A program made the position numbers and the translations under genes. Under the pieces are notes generated by a model that searched no databases, was not told the DNA's origin, and worked only from the letters and a program-made list of their open reading frames with translations. Below, piece by piece: positions 23,071-33,381 of a stretch of 64,000 nt of DNA (the first letter of the stretch is position 1; every line of letters begins with the position of its first letter). The stretch is from an uncultured Granulosicoccaceae bacterium (GTDB taxonomy: Bacteria; Pseudomonadota; Gammaproteobacteria; CALCKW01): NCBI GenBank assembly GCA_937925815.1, contig CALAMQ010000014.1, positions 2,169 through 66,168 of the forward strand, given 5' to 3'.

Positions 23071-24317
23071 ATCCGTTTAACCTGCGTGACGGGCATTTGC
23101 ACGCTGAGTCCGTATCGCTCACGGCGCTTGCTGAGAAGCACGGTACGCCACTCTATGTGTACTCGCGCGGGGCGATTGAACACGCGTGGCGAGCCTATGA
23201 CGCGGCGCTTGCACCCTGGCCACATCGGATTTGTTATGCCGTCAAAGCCAACAGTAACCTGGCTGTACTGAATGTCTTGGCGAATCTTGGATCCGGTTTC
23301 GACATCGTCTCGGTGGGTGAGCTCGAACGGGTTATTGCCGCGGGCGGCGATCCAGCAAACGTGGTGTTCTCGGGTGTGGGCAAGCGGGTCGATGAGCTCG
23401 AGCGTGCACTTGAGGTCGGAATCCACAGTTTTAACGTTGAGTCCTTGAGTGAGATTGAGCAGTTAGCCGCCGTCGCTGCGGCGCATGGCGAGCGTGCGCG
23501 TGTCTCACTGCGTATCAATCCTGATGTGGATGCACAAACTCACCCTTACATCTCCACCGGGCTCAAAGAGAATAAGTTTGGCATTGGCCATGAAGTGGCG
23601 CTCGACGCTTACCGTCGCGCAGCTGCTCACGCCTCGCTCGATGTCCATGGCATTGATTGTCATATTGGCTCTCAATTAACCGAGGTGCAGCCCTTTGTCG
23701 ATGCGGCGGAGCGATTGTTGACCTTGGTCGATCAACTGGCTGAAGACGGGATCAATATTCGTGAGCTAGACCTTGGTGGGGGCCAAGGTGTCGTCTACCG
23801 CGATGAAAAGCCACTGGATTTGCAAGCCTGGCAAAATGCGGTGGCGCCTTTGTTGAGCGGCCGTGATTTGACACTGGTGGTAGAGCCGGGTCGTGCCATT
23901 GTCGCCAATGCTGGCGTGCTGCTGACGCGGGTTCACATCACCAAGGAAAACGGTGGTCGGCAGTTCGCCGTTGTTGATGCGGCGATGAATGACCTCATTC
24001 GCCCAGCGCTGTATCAAGCGTGGCAGGCGATCACGCCCGTCGTTGCCAACAGCGAACAACCAGTTGGCACCTGGGATATCGTTGGGCCTGTCTGTGAGTC
24101 TGCGGATTTTCTGGGCAAACAGCGCGAGCTGGCGATCAGTGAAGGTGACTTGCTTGCGGTGGAGTCAGCAGGTGCCTATTGCGCTGTGATGTCTTCTAAC
24201 TACAACACCCGGCCCCGTGCAGCTGAAGTGATGGTTGACGGTGGGTGCGACCACCTCGTTCGCAAGCGTGAAACCCTGCCTTCGCTTTTCGCTGGTGAGT
24301 CGGTTATAGAGAGCTGA
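23067..24317 (+). CDS. lysA: Diaminopimelate decarboxylase
   Basis: 416 aa with a GTG start overlapping the lptM stop. The N-terminus [32 protein letters not shown] matches LysA. Confidence 0.93.
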   Translation: MNPFNLRDGHLHAESVSLTALAEKHGTPLYVYSRGAIEHAWRAYDAALAPWPHRICYAVKANSNLAVLNVLANLGSGFDIVSVGELERVIAAGGDPANVVFSGVGKRVDELERALEVGIHSFNVESLSEIEQLAAVAAAHGERARVSLRINPDVDAQTHPYISTGLKENKFGIGHEVALDAYRRAAAHASLDVHGIDCHIGSQLTEVQPFVDAAERLLTLVDQLAEDGINIRELDLGGGQGVVYRDEKPLDLQAWQNAVAPLLSGRDLTLVVEPGRAIVANAGVLLTRVHITKENGGRQFAVVDAAMNDLIRPALYQAWQAITPVVANSEQPVGTWDIVGPVCESADFLGKQRELAISEGDLLAVESAGAYCAVMSSNYNTRPRAAEVMVDGGCDHLVRKRETLPSLFAGESVIES

Positions 24318-24318
24318 C

Positions 24319-25149
24319 ATGCGTTTGGAATTTGCCAAAATGCACGGGCTGGGCAACGACTTCATGGTTGTCGATGCAAGCTCACGTGCCCACGGCTTAA
24401 CACCGCAAACTATTCAAGCGCTATCCGACCGCAAAACCGGTGTTGGCTTTGACCAACTGCTTGTGGTCGAGCCGCCCAGCCACGCAGGTGTTGCCTTTGA
24501 CTACCGGATTTACAATGCCGATGGTGGTGAGGTTGAACAGTGTGGCAACGGGGCGCGGTGTTTTGCGGTGTTTGTTCGTCAGCGAGGCCTGATCGCTGAC
24601 GACCGTATTCCTGTGCACACCAGCGGCGGAGACATTGTGCTCATCTGCCAAGATGACGGCCAAGTGACTGTGGACATGGGTGTGCCCAATTTCGAACCGG
24701 TCAAGCTACCCTTTAGTCGGGCACAGGCTCAGGCGCGCTATTCGGTCGACATCGGTGGCGAGGCGGTACCGTTTGGCGCGGTGTCGATTGGCAACCCGCA
24801 CGCAGTGTTGTCTGTGGCAGATGTGGAGCGAGCGCCAGTCGAATCACTGGGGCCGCAAATTGAAACCCACACTGACTTTCCCAAGAGGGTCAATGTGGGT
24901 TTTATGCAAATTGATAGTCGGCAGCAGATTTCTTTGCGGGTCTGGGAGCGTGGTGTTGGGGAAACCCGAGCGTGCGGTACCGGCGCATGCGCCGCGATGG
25001 TGATTGCACACGCCTGGGGCGAAATTGATGACACTGCGACCGTGCACCTGCCCGGCGGTGCGCTGCAAATACAGTGGGCGGGTCAAGGCCACTCCGTGTG
25101 TTTGACCGGGCCAGCTAAAACCGTTTTTGAAGGATATTTGGACTTATGA
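24319..25149 (+). CDS. dapF: Diaminopimelate epimerase
   Basis: 276 aa with the MRLEFAKMHGLGNDFMVVD N-terminus and both catalytic Cys regions (GNGARCF and ACGTGACA). Confidence 0.93.
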   Translation: MRLEFAKMHGLGNDFMVVDASSRAHGLTPQTIQALSDRKTGVGFDQLLVVEPPSHAGVAFDYRIYNADGGEVEQCGNGARCFAVFVRQRGLIADDRIPVHTSGGDIVLICQDDGQVTVDMGVPNFEPVKLPFSRAQAQARYSVDIGGEAVPFGAVSIGNPHAVLSVADVERAPVESLGPQIETHTDFPKRVNVGFMQIDSRQQISLRVWERGVGETRACGTGACAAMVIAHAWGEIDDTATVHLPGGALQIQWAGQGHSVCLTGPAKTVFEGYLDL

Positions 25150-25847
25150 ACCACACTGATAACTCCCTGCTCGAGGAGCCTGTGAACGACGAGGCGGTAT
25201 TGCGCTTTTTGTCTGCGCAGCCAGATTTCTTTAAACGCCACCCCGGCGCCGTGGCCGCTCTGGATGTCACCCACGAGTCAGGCGCGGCAGTGTCATTGGT
25301 CGAGCGCCAGTTGACGTCCTTGCGCGAGAGCAATCGCCGTATGCGAACGCAGCTCGATGACATGATCGCGGCGGCTGAACACAACCAAACGTTGAGCGAG
25401 CGTGTTCACCAGCTCGCAAAGTCCCTGCTTGCCAGCCGTGGTTGTGAGGCATTAGCTGCCGCCGCGGGTCAGGCATTGCTCGGTCCAGGTGGGGCTGATC
25501 AGTTCGCGATTGTGTTGCGTGCTGAGACGAGTTGTGACGCTGCGCCGGGGTCTGCGTTGCGCCATGTGGCCACTGACGACAGCAATTGGCAGTTATTTTC
25601 AAATTTGCTCGATGAGCGCTTGATTCGGTGTGGGTTGGCCACAGACGATCAACTGCGCTTTGCATTTGGGGATGGGGCAACACAAGTTGGCAGCTCTGCC
25701 ATAGCGCCACTGCATTGTGGCAAGACGGTCGGCCTGTTGGTCATGGCCTCGCAGAGTGAATCTGTTTTCACGCGTGACAAAGGGCATTTGTTCCTCGAGC
25801 AAGTGGCTGCATTGATCAGCGCTGGGATTGCGCGCGAGACCGCGTGA
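25146..25847 (+). CDS. DUF484 family protein (YigA-like)
   Basis: 233 aa. Occupies the conserved position between dapF and xerC. Confidence 0.8.
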   Translation: MNHTDNSLLEEPVNDEAVLRFLSAQPDFFKRHPGAVAALDVTHESGAAVSLVERQLTSLRESNRRMRTQLDDMIAAAEHNQTLSERVHQLAKSLLASRGCEALAAAAGQALLGPGGADQFAIVLRAETSCDAAPGSALRHVATDDSNWQLFSNLLDERLIRCGLATDDQLRFAFGDGATQVGSSAIAPLHCGKTVGLLVMASQSESVFTRDKGHLFLEQVAALISAGIARETA

Positions 25848-26764
25848 GCGCGCAGTCGGCCACCGACACGCGAGAGGCCATAGAGGCGTACTTGCAATAT
25901 TTGCTGAGTGAACGCCGTTATTCCGCACACACCGTTGCCAATTACCGCCGCGATCTGTTCGCGGCCTTGGCGTTGAGAGACGACAACTGGGCTGATCTGC
26001 AACGGGTAGACGTGCAGGCGATGGTGGCAAAGTGGCACCGTGGTGGTATGGCGCCGCGCAGTTTGGCGCGACGGCTATCTGCGATACGAACGTTTTTTGA
26101 TTTTGGTCTCAAGCGAGGTTGGTTTAGTCACAACCCAGTCAAGGACATCACAGCCCCTAAACGCGACAAACCGCTGCCGCGTGTGCTCGCGGTTGAGGAG
26201 GCGGCAGCGTTGCTTGATGACGAGCCGGACACGCCGATTGCCTGGCGTGATCGAGCGTTGTTTGAACTGGTGTACTCCTGTGGTTTGCGTTTGTCTGAGG
26301 CGGTTGCCTTGAACCTCAGTACCTTGAGCGGATCGGAGGCGGTGTTGCGCGTGACAGGCAAGGGCGGACGCGAACGGGATATACCCATTGGTCGACGGGC
26401 GTTGTCCGCGCTCGAGGCGTGGCTCGCTTGCCGCGAAGAGATCGCCAATGCCGGCGAGCAAGCCCTCTTTGTTTCTGCCCGAGGCACACGGCTAGCGGCG
26501 CGCTCCATTCAGGCGCGACTGGCGGGCAGAGCCCAGAAGCAGGGTCTCACCGCTCGAGTTCACCCGCACATGTTGCGACATTCTTTTGCCACCCACATGC
26601 TCGAGTCGAGTGGGGACTTGCGTGCGGTGCAGGAGCTGCTCGGACACGCCGATATCAGCACCACTCAAATCTACACCCACCTCGACTACCAGCGCCTAGC
26701 GACGGTGTACGAGAATGCGCACCCGCGCGCTCGTCGCACTGCGCCGTCTGATTCGGACGACTGA
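25844..26764 (+). CDS. xerC: Tyrosine recombinase XerC
   Basis: 306 aa with the catalytic R…HxxR…Y pentad (HMLRHSFATHML…TQIYTHL). This is the chromosomal dimer-resolution recombinase in the conserved dapF-DUF484-xerC context. Confidence 0.9.
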   Translation: MSAQSATDTREAIEAYLQYLLSERRYSAHTVANYRRDLFAALALRDDNWADLQRVDVQAMVAKWHRGGMAPRSLARRLSAIRTFFDFGLKRGWFSHNPVKDITAPKRDKPLPRVLAVEEAAALLDDEPDTPIAWRDRALFELVYSCGLRLSEAVALNLSTLSGSEAVLRVTGKGGRERDIPIGRRALSALEAWLACREEIANAGEQALFVSARGTRLAARSIQARLAGRAQKQGLTARVHPHMLRHSFATHMLESSGDLRAVQELLGHADISTTQIYTHLDYQRLATVYENAHPRARRTAPSDSDD

Positions 26765-27059
26765 ATTCTTAACCCCAAGTCCGTCCAAGCGGGCAGATTT
26801 TTCTGTGGACAGACTCTGCCGCATCGACCTTCTTCAGTCAGTGTTGGGTATCGAGCTCGCATCGCCCAACATGACAGATGCGTCAAAGACTGTGACACCG
26901 TTAAAGATTTTGACCATCGCTGTCGTTAGCCCTGTGCGACCGACAGAAATTGCCGCTTGATGGCAATTGTTGCCACCCGTTGCCTCCACTGGGCTTATCT
27001 AGGTGATGGCGACGACCACACATTTGTCGGTTTTTACTCTCAATTCAAGGGTTTAGCCG

Positions 27060-28700
27060 ATGAAATATGCTTTTATCTCGTGGCGATCGAACAGCAATCA
27101 GTGCCTTAGCCGAGCGCCATTTGGCAGCCTCGCGGCTCTGCGACTGGCCTTGAGCTCCGGTTTGGTGCTCGGTCTGTCAGGGTGTCTGGTCGGCGGGAAT
27201 GTGGTCGATGGCATGCTTGAAAAAAGCAAATCGGGCGTGAGTGAGGTAAGCGTGCCAACCACCGCTGCCCTGACCACACTCGTGAGCCGGAACGGGACGG
27301 GTGGCTCCGGTGGCGCCTTTCCGGCGGCGGATTGCTCACCGACCTTCGAGAACATTGGGGCGGAACACACGCTTTGGCCACAGACAGACTTTGGGCTGCC
27401 AACAGTCGTCACCCAAAGCAAAATTGTGTCTCACCCATCCGGTGGCTCACACTACATGCGCGTGTTCAAGACGGCAAGCCACAGCTCGGCTTCGTCCATG
27501 GGTGCCACGAATTACTTGCACCATATTCCCGAATACTCCCAGCACGATGCGTTTTCAGCTGATGGCACTTACCTCGTGTCACACGGAATCTCCGACAGAG
27601 CGCTGTTCAACGCCAAAACCAATCAGAACGTGCGCGTGATCTCCTTCCCTGGTGCTCACCTCGGTGATTGGCAGTGGCACCCGCAGCTGGACAATATCGC
27701 ATTCTATTTCGACCGATCCGGCGACCGTGTCATCCGATACAACGCAGACCTCGACACGCACGATGTGCTGTTTGATTTCGGCGCGACGCCGATAACCGTG
27801 GACGGCATCGCGTTCAGTGATCTGGGCACGTTGACTTCGGGCTACGCCATGGGTGGCCAAGGCAGTATCACGGTTGATGGCTCACAAGTGGCCGTGCTGC
27901 TCAATGGCAGTGGCGATGGCATCGTCGCGCACTTGGACCTGGCATCGCAGACGGTGATCAACACGATCCGTTTTGCGGGCAAGGACACATCGGACGAGCT
28001 TGACGTTGCCACGATCAGTCCTGACGGTCGGTACATCATGGTGCTTGGTGACTTCAACAACATTTATGGCACCAGTTTCAGCCGTCGCCACATGTACAAA
28101 TACGACACCCAGGATTTCAGGCTGAATAATAAAGTCTTGGTGCTCGGTCGATCTAACCACTTTGATGTTGGAATCAACGCGGACGGTGACCCGGTGATGG
28201 TGACCTTTGGTTATGTGCCTAGTGGTGGCTGGGCCGGCAATACCACAGATGCTGGCGTGGGCTTGGTTGCTGGGGTTGCGGTGCTGAATTTACGCACCGA
28301 CGTGAGTCGACAAATATTTTCGACCCAACCTTGGGGTAATGGCGGATTGCCAGCAGGCCACATTTCCATGCCGCTCGACGGTGTGGGCGTGGCGCTGATC
28401 TCTCTCTACCAAGGTGGCCATGGATCGGGTGTGAGCTTTGCCCAAAATAATGCCTTGATTGCCATTGATATCGACAACGACCAAATTGCTTGGATGGGCT
28501 GGGATGAAGGCGCCAACCCAGGCATTGGCTCGCCCGGGGCGGGTCCCGCAGGCGCTTACTATGCCCAGCCTCACGCGTCGTTTGTAATGGACGCTGAGCT
28601 GTCCGACGGAAGCCGTGGCTGGAAAGTCGCTTGGGGCAGTGATAATCGCAGCTTGGGTAGCCGTTCTGAGTTATTTACATCTGAAGTGGTGTGTGATTAA
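27060..28700 (+). CDS. Hypothetical lipoprotein, probable beta-propeller/TolB-like fold
   Basis: 546 aa. Signal peptide with lipobox LGLSGC, then repeated Gly/Asp/Ser-rich beta-strand-like segments. No family recognised. Confidence 0.65.
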   Translation: MKYAFISWRSNSNQCLSRAPFGSLAALRLALSSGLVLGLSGCLVGGNVVDGMLEKSKSGVSEVSVPTTAALTTLVSRNGTGGSGGAFPAADCSPTFENIGAEHTLWPQTDFGLPTVVTQSKIVSHPSGGSHYMRVFKTASHSSASSMGATNYLHHIPEYSQHDAFSADGTYLVSHGISDRALFNAKTNQNVRVISFPGAHLGDWQWHPQLDNIAFYFDRSGDRVIRYNADLDTHDVLFDFGATPITVDGIAFSDLGTLTSGYAMGGQGSITVDGSQVAVLLNGSGDGIVAHLDLASQTVINTIRFAGKDTSDELDVATISPDGRYIMVLGDFNNIYGTSFSRRHMYKYDTQDFRLNNKVLVLGRSNHFDVGINADGDPVMVTFGYVPSGGWAGNTTDAGVGLVAGVAVLNLRTDVSRQIFSTQPWGNGGLPAGHISMPLDGVGVALISLYQGGHGSGVSFAQNNALIAIDIDNDQIAWMGWDEGANPGIGSPGAGPAGAYYAQPHASFVMDAELSDGSRGWKVAWGSDNRSLGSRSELFTSEVVCD

Positions 28701-28893
28701 TTGAGCGAAGTCGCTGATAATTGTGAGAACACCGGAAGAAGTACTGCAGTTTTAGAAAAGTGCTACGCTTTTTTTATACATGAATGACCGCTGTGGATTG
28801 GCTGCGCGCCACTCTTGAGCCGAGTATGTCAGGGTTGAACCTGTTTGTTTAAAGGCGCGGTGCTTACCGCGATAACCATGGGTCTAGTACGTC

Positions 28894-29850
28894 ATGAATA
28901 AACCAAACTTCTTTATAGTTGGTGCGCCGAAATCAGGCACTACCGCCATGGCCGGGTATCTAGCAGAACACTCCAGTGTGTTTTTCTCCGTCCCCAAAGA
29001 GCCGCATTTTTTCGCGACAGACATGCCTGGTCAGCAGCAAATGACGGAATTGGACCGATACGAATTGATGTTTGAAGGTGCTGGCCCTCAACACGAAGCG
29101 GTTGGTGAGGCGTCAGTGTGGTACTTGTATTCGAGTGAGGCCATTGCCAACATCAAAAAATACAACCCTGACGCGAGGCTCGTCGTGATGCTGCGCAACC
29201 CGGTTGATATGGTCTACTCCATGCACGCCCAGCATTTGTATTCAACCACTGAACACATCGAGTCCTTCGCCGATGCCTGGGCGCACACCGCGGTACGCAG
29301 GGAGACTGGCACAGTCAACCGTGAACGCGTGCTGAAGAACCATTTCTACGACGACATTGCGGCTTACGGCAGTCAGCTAGAGCGTCTCTACACGTACTTT
29401 CCAAGAGAACAAGTCCACGTCATTTTGTATGATGACTTCAAACAGGACACAGCAGGCTGCTACCGCGACTTACTCGATTTTCTCGAACTCGATGACGATG
29501 GTCGGACGGAGTTTCCAGTTGTCAACGCGAACAATGAACACAAACACAAGTGGCTAGGCAGGTTGTTGCAGCAACCCCCAGCACCGCTTGTCAACGCGTT
29601 GCGCCTCGTTAAGCGGTTGCTCGGCATCCACCGGCTTGGCTTGATCGGAAAGTTAGATGCGCTCAACGCCCAAGACGTCAAGCGCGCATCGCTCGATGAC
29701 ACGCTGAGGCAGGACGTCGCCACGAACTACGCCAAAGAAATCGACAAATTGTCGGCGTTGCTGGGCCGCGATCTCAGCCACTGGGGTGGTGAAACGCGTG
29801 CGCCAGCAAGTGAGTCAGCACCGGTTTCACCCGATCGGCGCGTCGCCTAG
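28894..29850 (+). CDS. Sulfotransferase family protein (PAPS-dependent)
   Basis: 5'-PSB motif GAPKSGTT and 3'-PB motif RNPVDMVYS. Codon choice is noticeably richer in AAA, TTT and TAT than in neighbouring genes. Confidence 0.8.
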   Translation: MNKPNFFIVGAPKSGTTAMAGYLAEHSSVFFSVPKEPHFFATDMPGQQQMTELDRYELMFEGAGPQHEAVGEASVWYLYSSEAIANIKKYNPDARLVVMLRNPVDMVYSMHAQHLYSTTEHIESFADAWAHTAVRRETGTVNRERVLKNHFYDDIAAYGSQLERLYTYFPREQVHVILYDDFKQDTAGCYRDLLDFLELDDDGRTEFPVVNANNEHKHKWLGRLLQQPPAPLVNALRLVKRLLGIHRLGLIGKLDALNAQDVKRASLDDTLRQDVATNYAKEIDKLSALLGRDLSHWGGETRAPASESAPVSPDRRVA

Positions 29851-31463
29851 CGGTCAGCGCGTTCGAGTGAGAACACCGCCACTGAATGGGTGTTGCGCAA
29901 CAGGGTTTTCAGTCGCCATTGCGTGCTGGGTGCAGCGTCGTTGAGCAAGGTGATGGCCTGGCCGGTTTTGAAGCGCCGCGGTGGCAGAATCAAACAGGGC
30001 GACGCTGAGCCGCGTGCGGCGGGTATCAGTACACATTCAGTTCGCAGATTAGCGCCTGTGTCAACGCGGTAAGTGGCGTGCACCGCGCGCGCTGATGTGC
30101 TCAACACCTGTACGCCGCACTGGTATTCCTCGTCTGCTGTGTGGCGCAGCCATTGCACAATTCCGACTCGCCAGATCGAGGTGTTGTCGCCGTTTGGCCG
30201 TTTGATTGCGGCGAGGGCGCCGACGTGAACCGCAGCAGGCTCCGCGCTATTTTTAACAAGGCCGACACCATTGGGGCTGATGTCGCGCAGTTGCCATTGA
30301 TCTGTCTGCGGTTCAATGCGGTGGCGCAGGCTCGCGTGTATGTCGTTGAGTCCCAGAACCACACCGGCGGCGTCGCTGCGAAACGCTCTGGCCTCGCGGC
30401 GCTCTTGTCGTCCTTGGCAAAGGCGATACAGCGGCAGGAGTGCCGGATCGAAATCGCCAGAGGCGCGCTGAGCTTCGAGATCGTGTGCAAGTGAATCGAG
30501 CACCAACCAGCGCACAGTCGCGCGCCCTGCGCGAGGGCGAAAAGCGGCGGGTTGGGGAGGTGAATCGTTGGCGAGATCCAACGCCAGCGCGCGGCTTCGG
30601 GTGCCCGGGTGTTCCACCCTCAGCGCCACGCTGTCGATCCAACTCGGCAGGCGGCGATTGAGGCCAGTGAGAGCTGTGGTCGGCAGGGCTTGTGAGTCGA
30701 TGCAATATGACAGCAGCAGCATTTTGAACAGCTGGGTCACAGTGCGGGTTTCGCCGGTGCGCAGCAATGTGTCAGCCACAGGTGTGTCGAGAAAACCGTG
30801 GCGCTCGGCGACGGCGTAGAGTCCGTAGGCGTCTTTGAGCAGTTTTGGGGGCGCTGAACGGTAGGTCTCGCGTGACAGCAAGAGCTGTTGATGCAACACA
30901 TCCATTGCTCGAACACAGGCGTGCGCGCGGGCCACTGGCGTCAGTTTGGGGTCGGCGAGATCGTCGCTGAGCGCAATTTTGTAACCAAATCCGGTTTCGG
31001 TCAGCAGGGTCATCTGGTCCTGCCAAGCGCGGTCTGCATCGGGTGACAGGGGGAAGTCTTGTCCTTGCCACCGGCGGCGCAGCAGCTGCTGGGCGTGATG
31101 TCCCTCGGGCCGCAGCCAGTCGAGCACTTGAAGGCGGTTGCCGCTCGCGTTTTGGCTGCGATTGGCTCGTTGCAATCCGAGCTTAAAGCTGCGGACGCGC
31201 AGGCTGGGCGCCAGTTCACGCAGATCCCGCAGCCAGCGCATGACCGATTTTTGGTCGCCACTGAACTCTGCGCTGCGAGTGCTTCGCTGGGTTGGTGTGT
31301 AGAGGTGGGAAGTGTCGCTCATGATCTCAAGGTCCCGGGCGGCGAGGTACAGCCACGCCTGCCGTGTCTGTGGTGCTGTGCTCTTGCAATTGGCAAGGTT
31401 CATACCCACCGTATCCCTCTGCGCAAGCAACCACTTAACGGTTATCCGCCCAGCATGCGTCAA
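29847..31463 (-). CDS. Hypothetical protein with a possible C-terminal PilZ-like motif
   Basis: 538-aa ORF convergent with the sulfotransferase, with a 4-nt overlap. The C-terminal region contains LRHRIEP…RDISPNGVGL, which resembles the RxxxR…DxSxxG motif of c-di-GMP-binding PilZ domains, but the spacing is atypical. The true start is probably internal (MNLANCK at about 31403 or MSDTSHL at about 31322), because hslV lies only 40 bp away on the opposite strand. Confidence 0.5.
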   Translation of the reverse strand: MTHAGRITVKWLLAQRDTVGMNLANCKSTAPQTRQAWLYLAARDLEIMSDTSHLYTPTQRSTRSAEFSGDQKSVMRWLRDLRELAPSLRVRSFKLGLQRANRSQNASGNRLQVLDWLRPEGHHAQQLLRRRWQGQDFPLSPDADRAWQDQMTLLTETGFGYKIALSDDLADPKLTPVARAHACVRAMDVLHQQLLLSRETYRSAPPKLLKDAYGLYAVAERHGFLDTPVADTLLRTGETRTVTQLFKMLLLSYCIDSQALPTTALTGLNRRLPSWIDSVALRVEHPGTRSRALALDLANDSPPQPAAFRPRAGRATVRWLVLDSLAHDLEAQRASGDFDPALLPLYRLCQGRQERREARAFRSDAAGVVLGLNDIHASLRHRIEPQTDQWQLRDISPNGVGLVKNSAEPAAVHVGALAAIKRPNGDNTSIWRVGIVQWLRHTADEEYQCGVQVLSTSARAVHATYRVDTGANLRTECVLIPAARGSASPCLILPPRRFKTGQAITLLNDAAPSTQWRLKTLLRNTHSVAVFSLERADR

Positions 31464-31502
31464 AATTCAGTCTCTTTCAAAGTCAATTTTGAGGAATAGT
31501 CC

Positions 31503-32042
31503 TTGGAACAATTTCGCGGAACCACCGTTGTCGCTGTGCGACGGGGTAATCAGGTCGCGCTAGGCGCCGACGGACAGGTCACACTCGGCAACACGGTGAT
31601 GAAGGGCAATGCGAGCAAAGTGCGCCGCCTCTACAAAGGCAAAGTGATCGCGGGCTTCGCTGGCGGCACGGCGGACGCGTTCACACTGTTTGAGCGCTTT
31701 GAAGCCAAGCTCGAGGCCCACGGAGGCCAACTCACACGTGCTGCAGTTGAGCTTGCCAAAGATTGGCGCACGGACCGCTTGCTACGCCGCCTAGAAGCAT
31801 TGCTAGCGGTCGCTGACCACAGCGCCTCACTGATCATCTCTGGCAACGGCGATGTGATCGAGCCCGAACACGGTCTGATTGCCATCGGGTCAGGTGGCCC
31901 CTTTGCGCAGGCGGCAGCGCGCGCGTTGATTGACCACACAGAGCTCGACGCGCGTGCGATCACCGAGGCGAGTCTCGGCATCGCGGCCGACATCTGCATT
32001 TACACCAACCACCATCGCACTATTGAAACCCTGGACGCCTGA
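31503..32042 (+). CDS. hslV: ATP-dependent protease subunit HslV
   Basis: TTG start with GAGGA 7 nt upstream. The sequence [59 protein letters not shown] aligns with HslV. Confidence 0.93.
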   Translation: MEQFRGTTVVAVRRGNQVALGADGQVTLGNTVMKGNASKVRRLYKGKVIAGFAGGTADAFTLFERFEAKLEAHGGQLTRAAVELAKDWRTDRLLRRLEALLAVADHSASLIISGNGDVIEPEHGLIAIGSGGPFAQAAARALIDHTELDARAITEASLGIAADICIYTNHHRTIETLDA

Positions 32043-32046
32043 GCCC

Positions 32047-33381
32047 ATGACCGAGATGACCCCCAGAGAAATCGTCCAATCCTTGGACAACCACATCGTC
32101 GGTCAAGGTGACGCCAAACGCGCCGTGGCAATAGCGCTGCGCAACCGTTGGCGTCGTCAGCAAGTCAGCGACCCCTTGCGCCAGGAGATCACCCCCAAAA
32201 ATATCCTGATGATTGGACCAACCGGGGTGGGTAAGACCGAAATCGCGCGGCGTTTGGCCAAGCTCGCCAAAGCGCCCTTTATCAAAGTCGAGGCGACCAA
32301 ATTCACTGAGGTCGGTTACGTTGGGCGGGACGTTGAATCAATCATCCGCGATCTCGTGGACAACGCAATCAACGACACCCGTGAGCATGAGAAACAGCGG
32401 GTTCGAAACCGGGCGCTGGACGCCGCTGAAGACCGCATCCTCGATATTCTGTTGCCGCCTGCGCGCGGAACTGGTTTGGCAGAGCCCGCGCAGGCACCGG
32501 ACTCCAACACGCGTCAGAAATTTCGCAAGAAGTTGCGCGAAGGAGAGCTCGACGACAAGGAGATCGAGGTTGAGCTCACTGGCGGTGCCGCCGGCGTTGA
32601 GATCATGAGCCCACCGGGCATGGAGCAGATGACTGAGCAGTTGCAAAGCATGTTCAGCAACCTCGGCAACGGGCCCAAGCAAACGCGGAAGCTGCCTATC
32701 AAAGACGCACTTGAACAAATCGCTGACGAGGAGGCGCGCAGCCTGCTCGATGACACCGAGGTCAAGCGCAAAGCGGTGGAAGCCGTCGAGCAAAACGGTA
32801 TCGTGTTTCTCGATGAAATCGATAAAGTGGCACGACGCAGCGAAGGCGGTGGCGGTGTGGATGTGTCACGGGAGGGGGTGCAGCGTGATCTGTTGCCGTT
32901 GGTCGAAGGTTGCACCGTGACCACTAAGCACGGTCCGGTCAACACAGACCACATTCTTTTTATAGCCTCGGGCGCTTTTCATTTGTCCAAGCCGTCTGAT
33001 TTGGTGCCAGAGCTGCAAGGGCGGCTGCCCATTCGGGTGGAATTGGGCGCCCTGAGCGCCGAGGATTTTGAACGCATCTTGACTGACACCAACGCGTCTT
33101 TGACGCGTCAGTACACAGCGTTGTTGGAAACTGAGAATGTCGCGTTGACCTTCACTGACGATGGCGTCAAGCGTATTGCAGCTGTGGCATCTCAGGTTAA
33201 TGAAACGACAGAAAACATCGGTGCGCGCCGGTTGCATACAGTGATGGAGCGGTTGCTTGAAGAGGCGAGTTATCACGCGGCAGATCGCAGCGGCCAATCG
33301 CTTTGTGTGGACGCCGCCTATGTCGACGAGCAACTCGGTGAACTCTCTGGCAACGAGGACTTGAGTCGGTACATTCTCTAA
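32047..33381 (+). CDS. hslU: ATP-dependent protease ATPase subunit HslU
   Basis: Trimmed to [20 protein letters not shown], the HslU consensus N-terminus. Walker [16 protein letters not shown]. Confidence 0.95.
   Translation: MTEMTPREIVQSLDNHIVGQGDAKRAVAIALRNRWRRQQVSDPLRQEITPKNILMIGPTGVGKTEIARRLAKLAKAPFIKVEATKFTEVGYVGRDVESIIRDLVDNAINDTREHEKQRVRNRALDAAEDRILDILLPPARGTGLAEPAQAPDSNTRQKFRKKLREGELDDKEIEVELTGGAAGVEIMSPPGMEQMTEQLQSMFSNLGNGPKQTRKLPIKDALEQIADEEARSLLDDTEVKRKAVEAVEQNGIVFLDEIDKVARRSEGGGGVDVSREGVQRDLLPLVEGCTVTTKHGPVNTDHILFIASGAFHLSKPSDLVPELQGRLPIRVELGALSAEDFERILTDTNASLTRQYTALLETENVALTFTDDGVKRIAAVASQVNETTENIGARRLHTVMERLLEEASYHAADRSGQSLCVDAAYVDEQLGELSGNEDLSRYIL

Noticed and set aside
25844-26764. 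XerC as a mobile-element integrase
   Set aside because: It sits in the conserved lysA-dapF-DUF484-xerC housekeeping context. No phage or IS genes, att-like repeats or tRNA flank it, so I treat it as chromosomal dimer resolution. The adjacent three-gene insert is noted separately.
31421-31502. Sigma-32 promoter for hslVU
   Set aside because: The only partial match is CTTAAC…CCCAGCAT, with a spacer of about 9 nt instead of the required 13-15 nt. This is not convincing.
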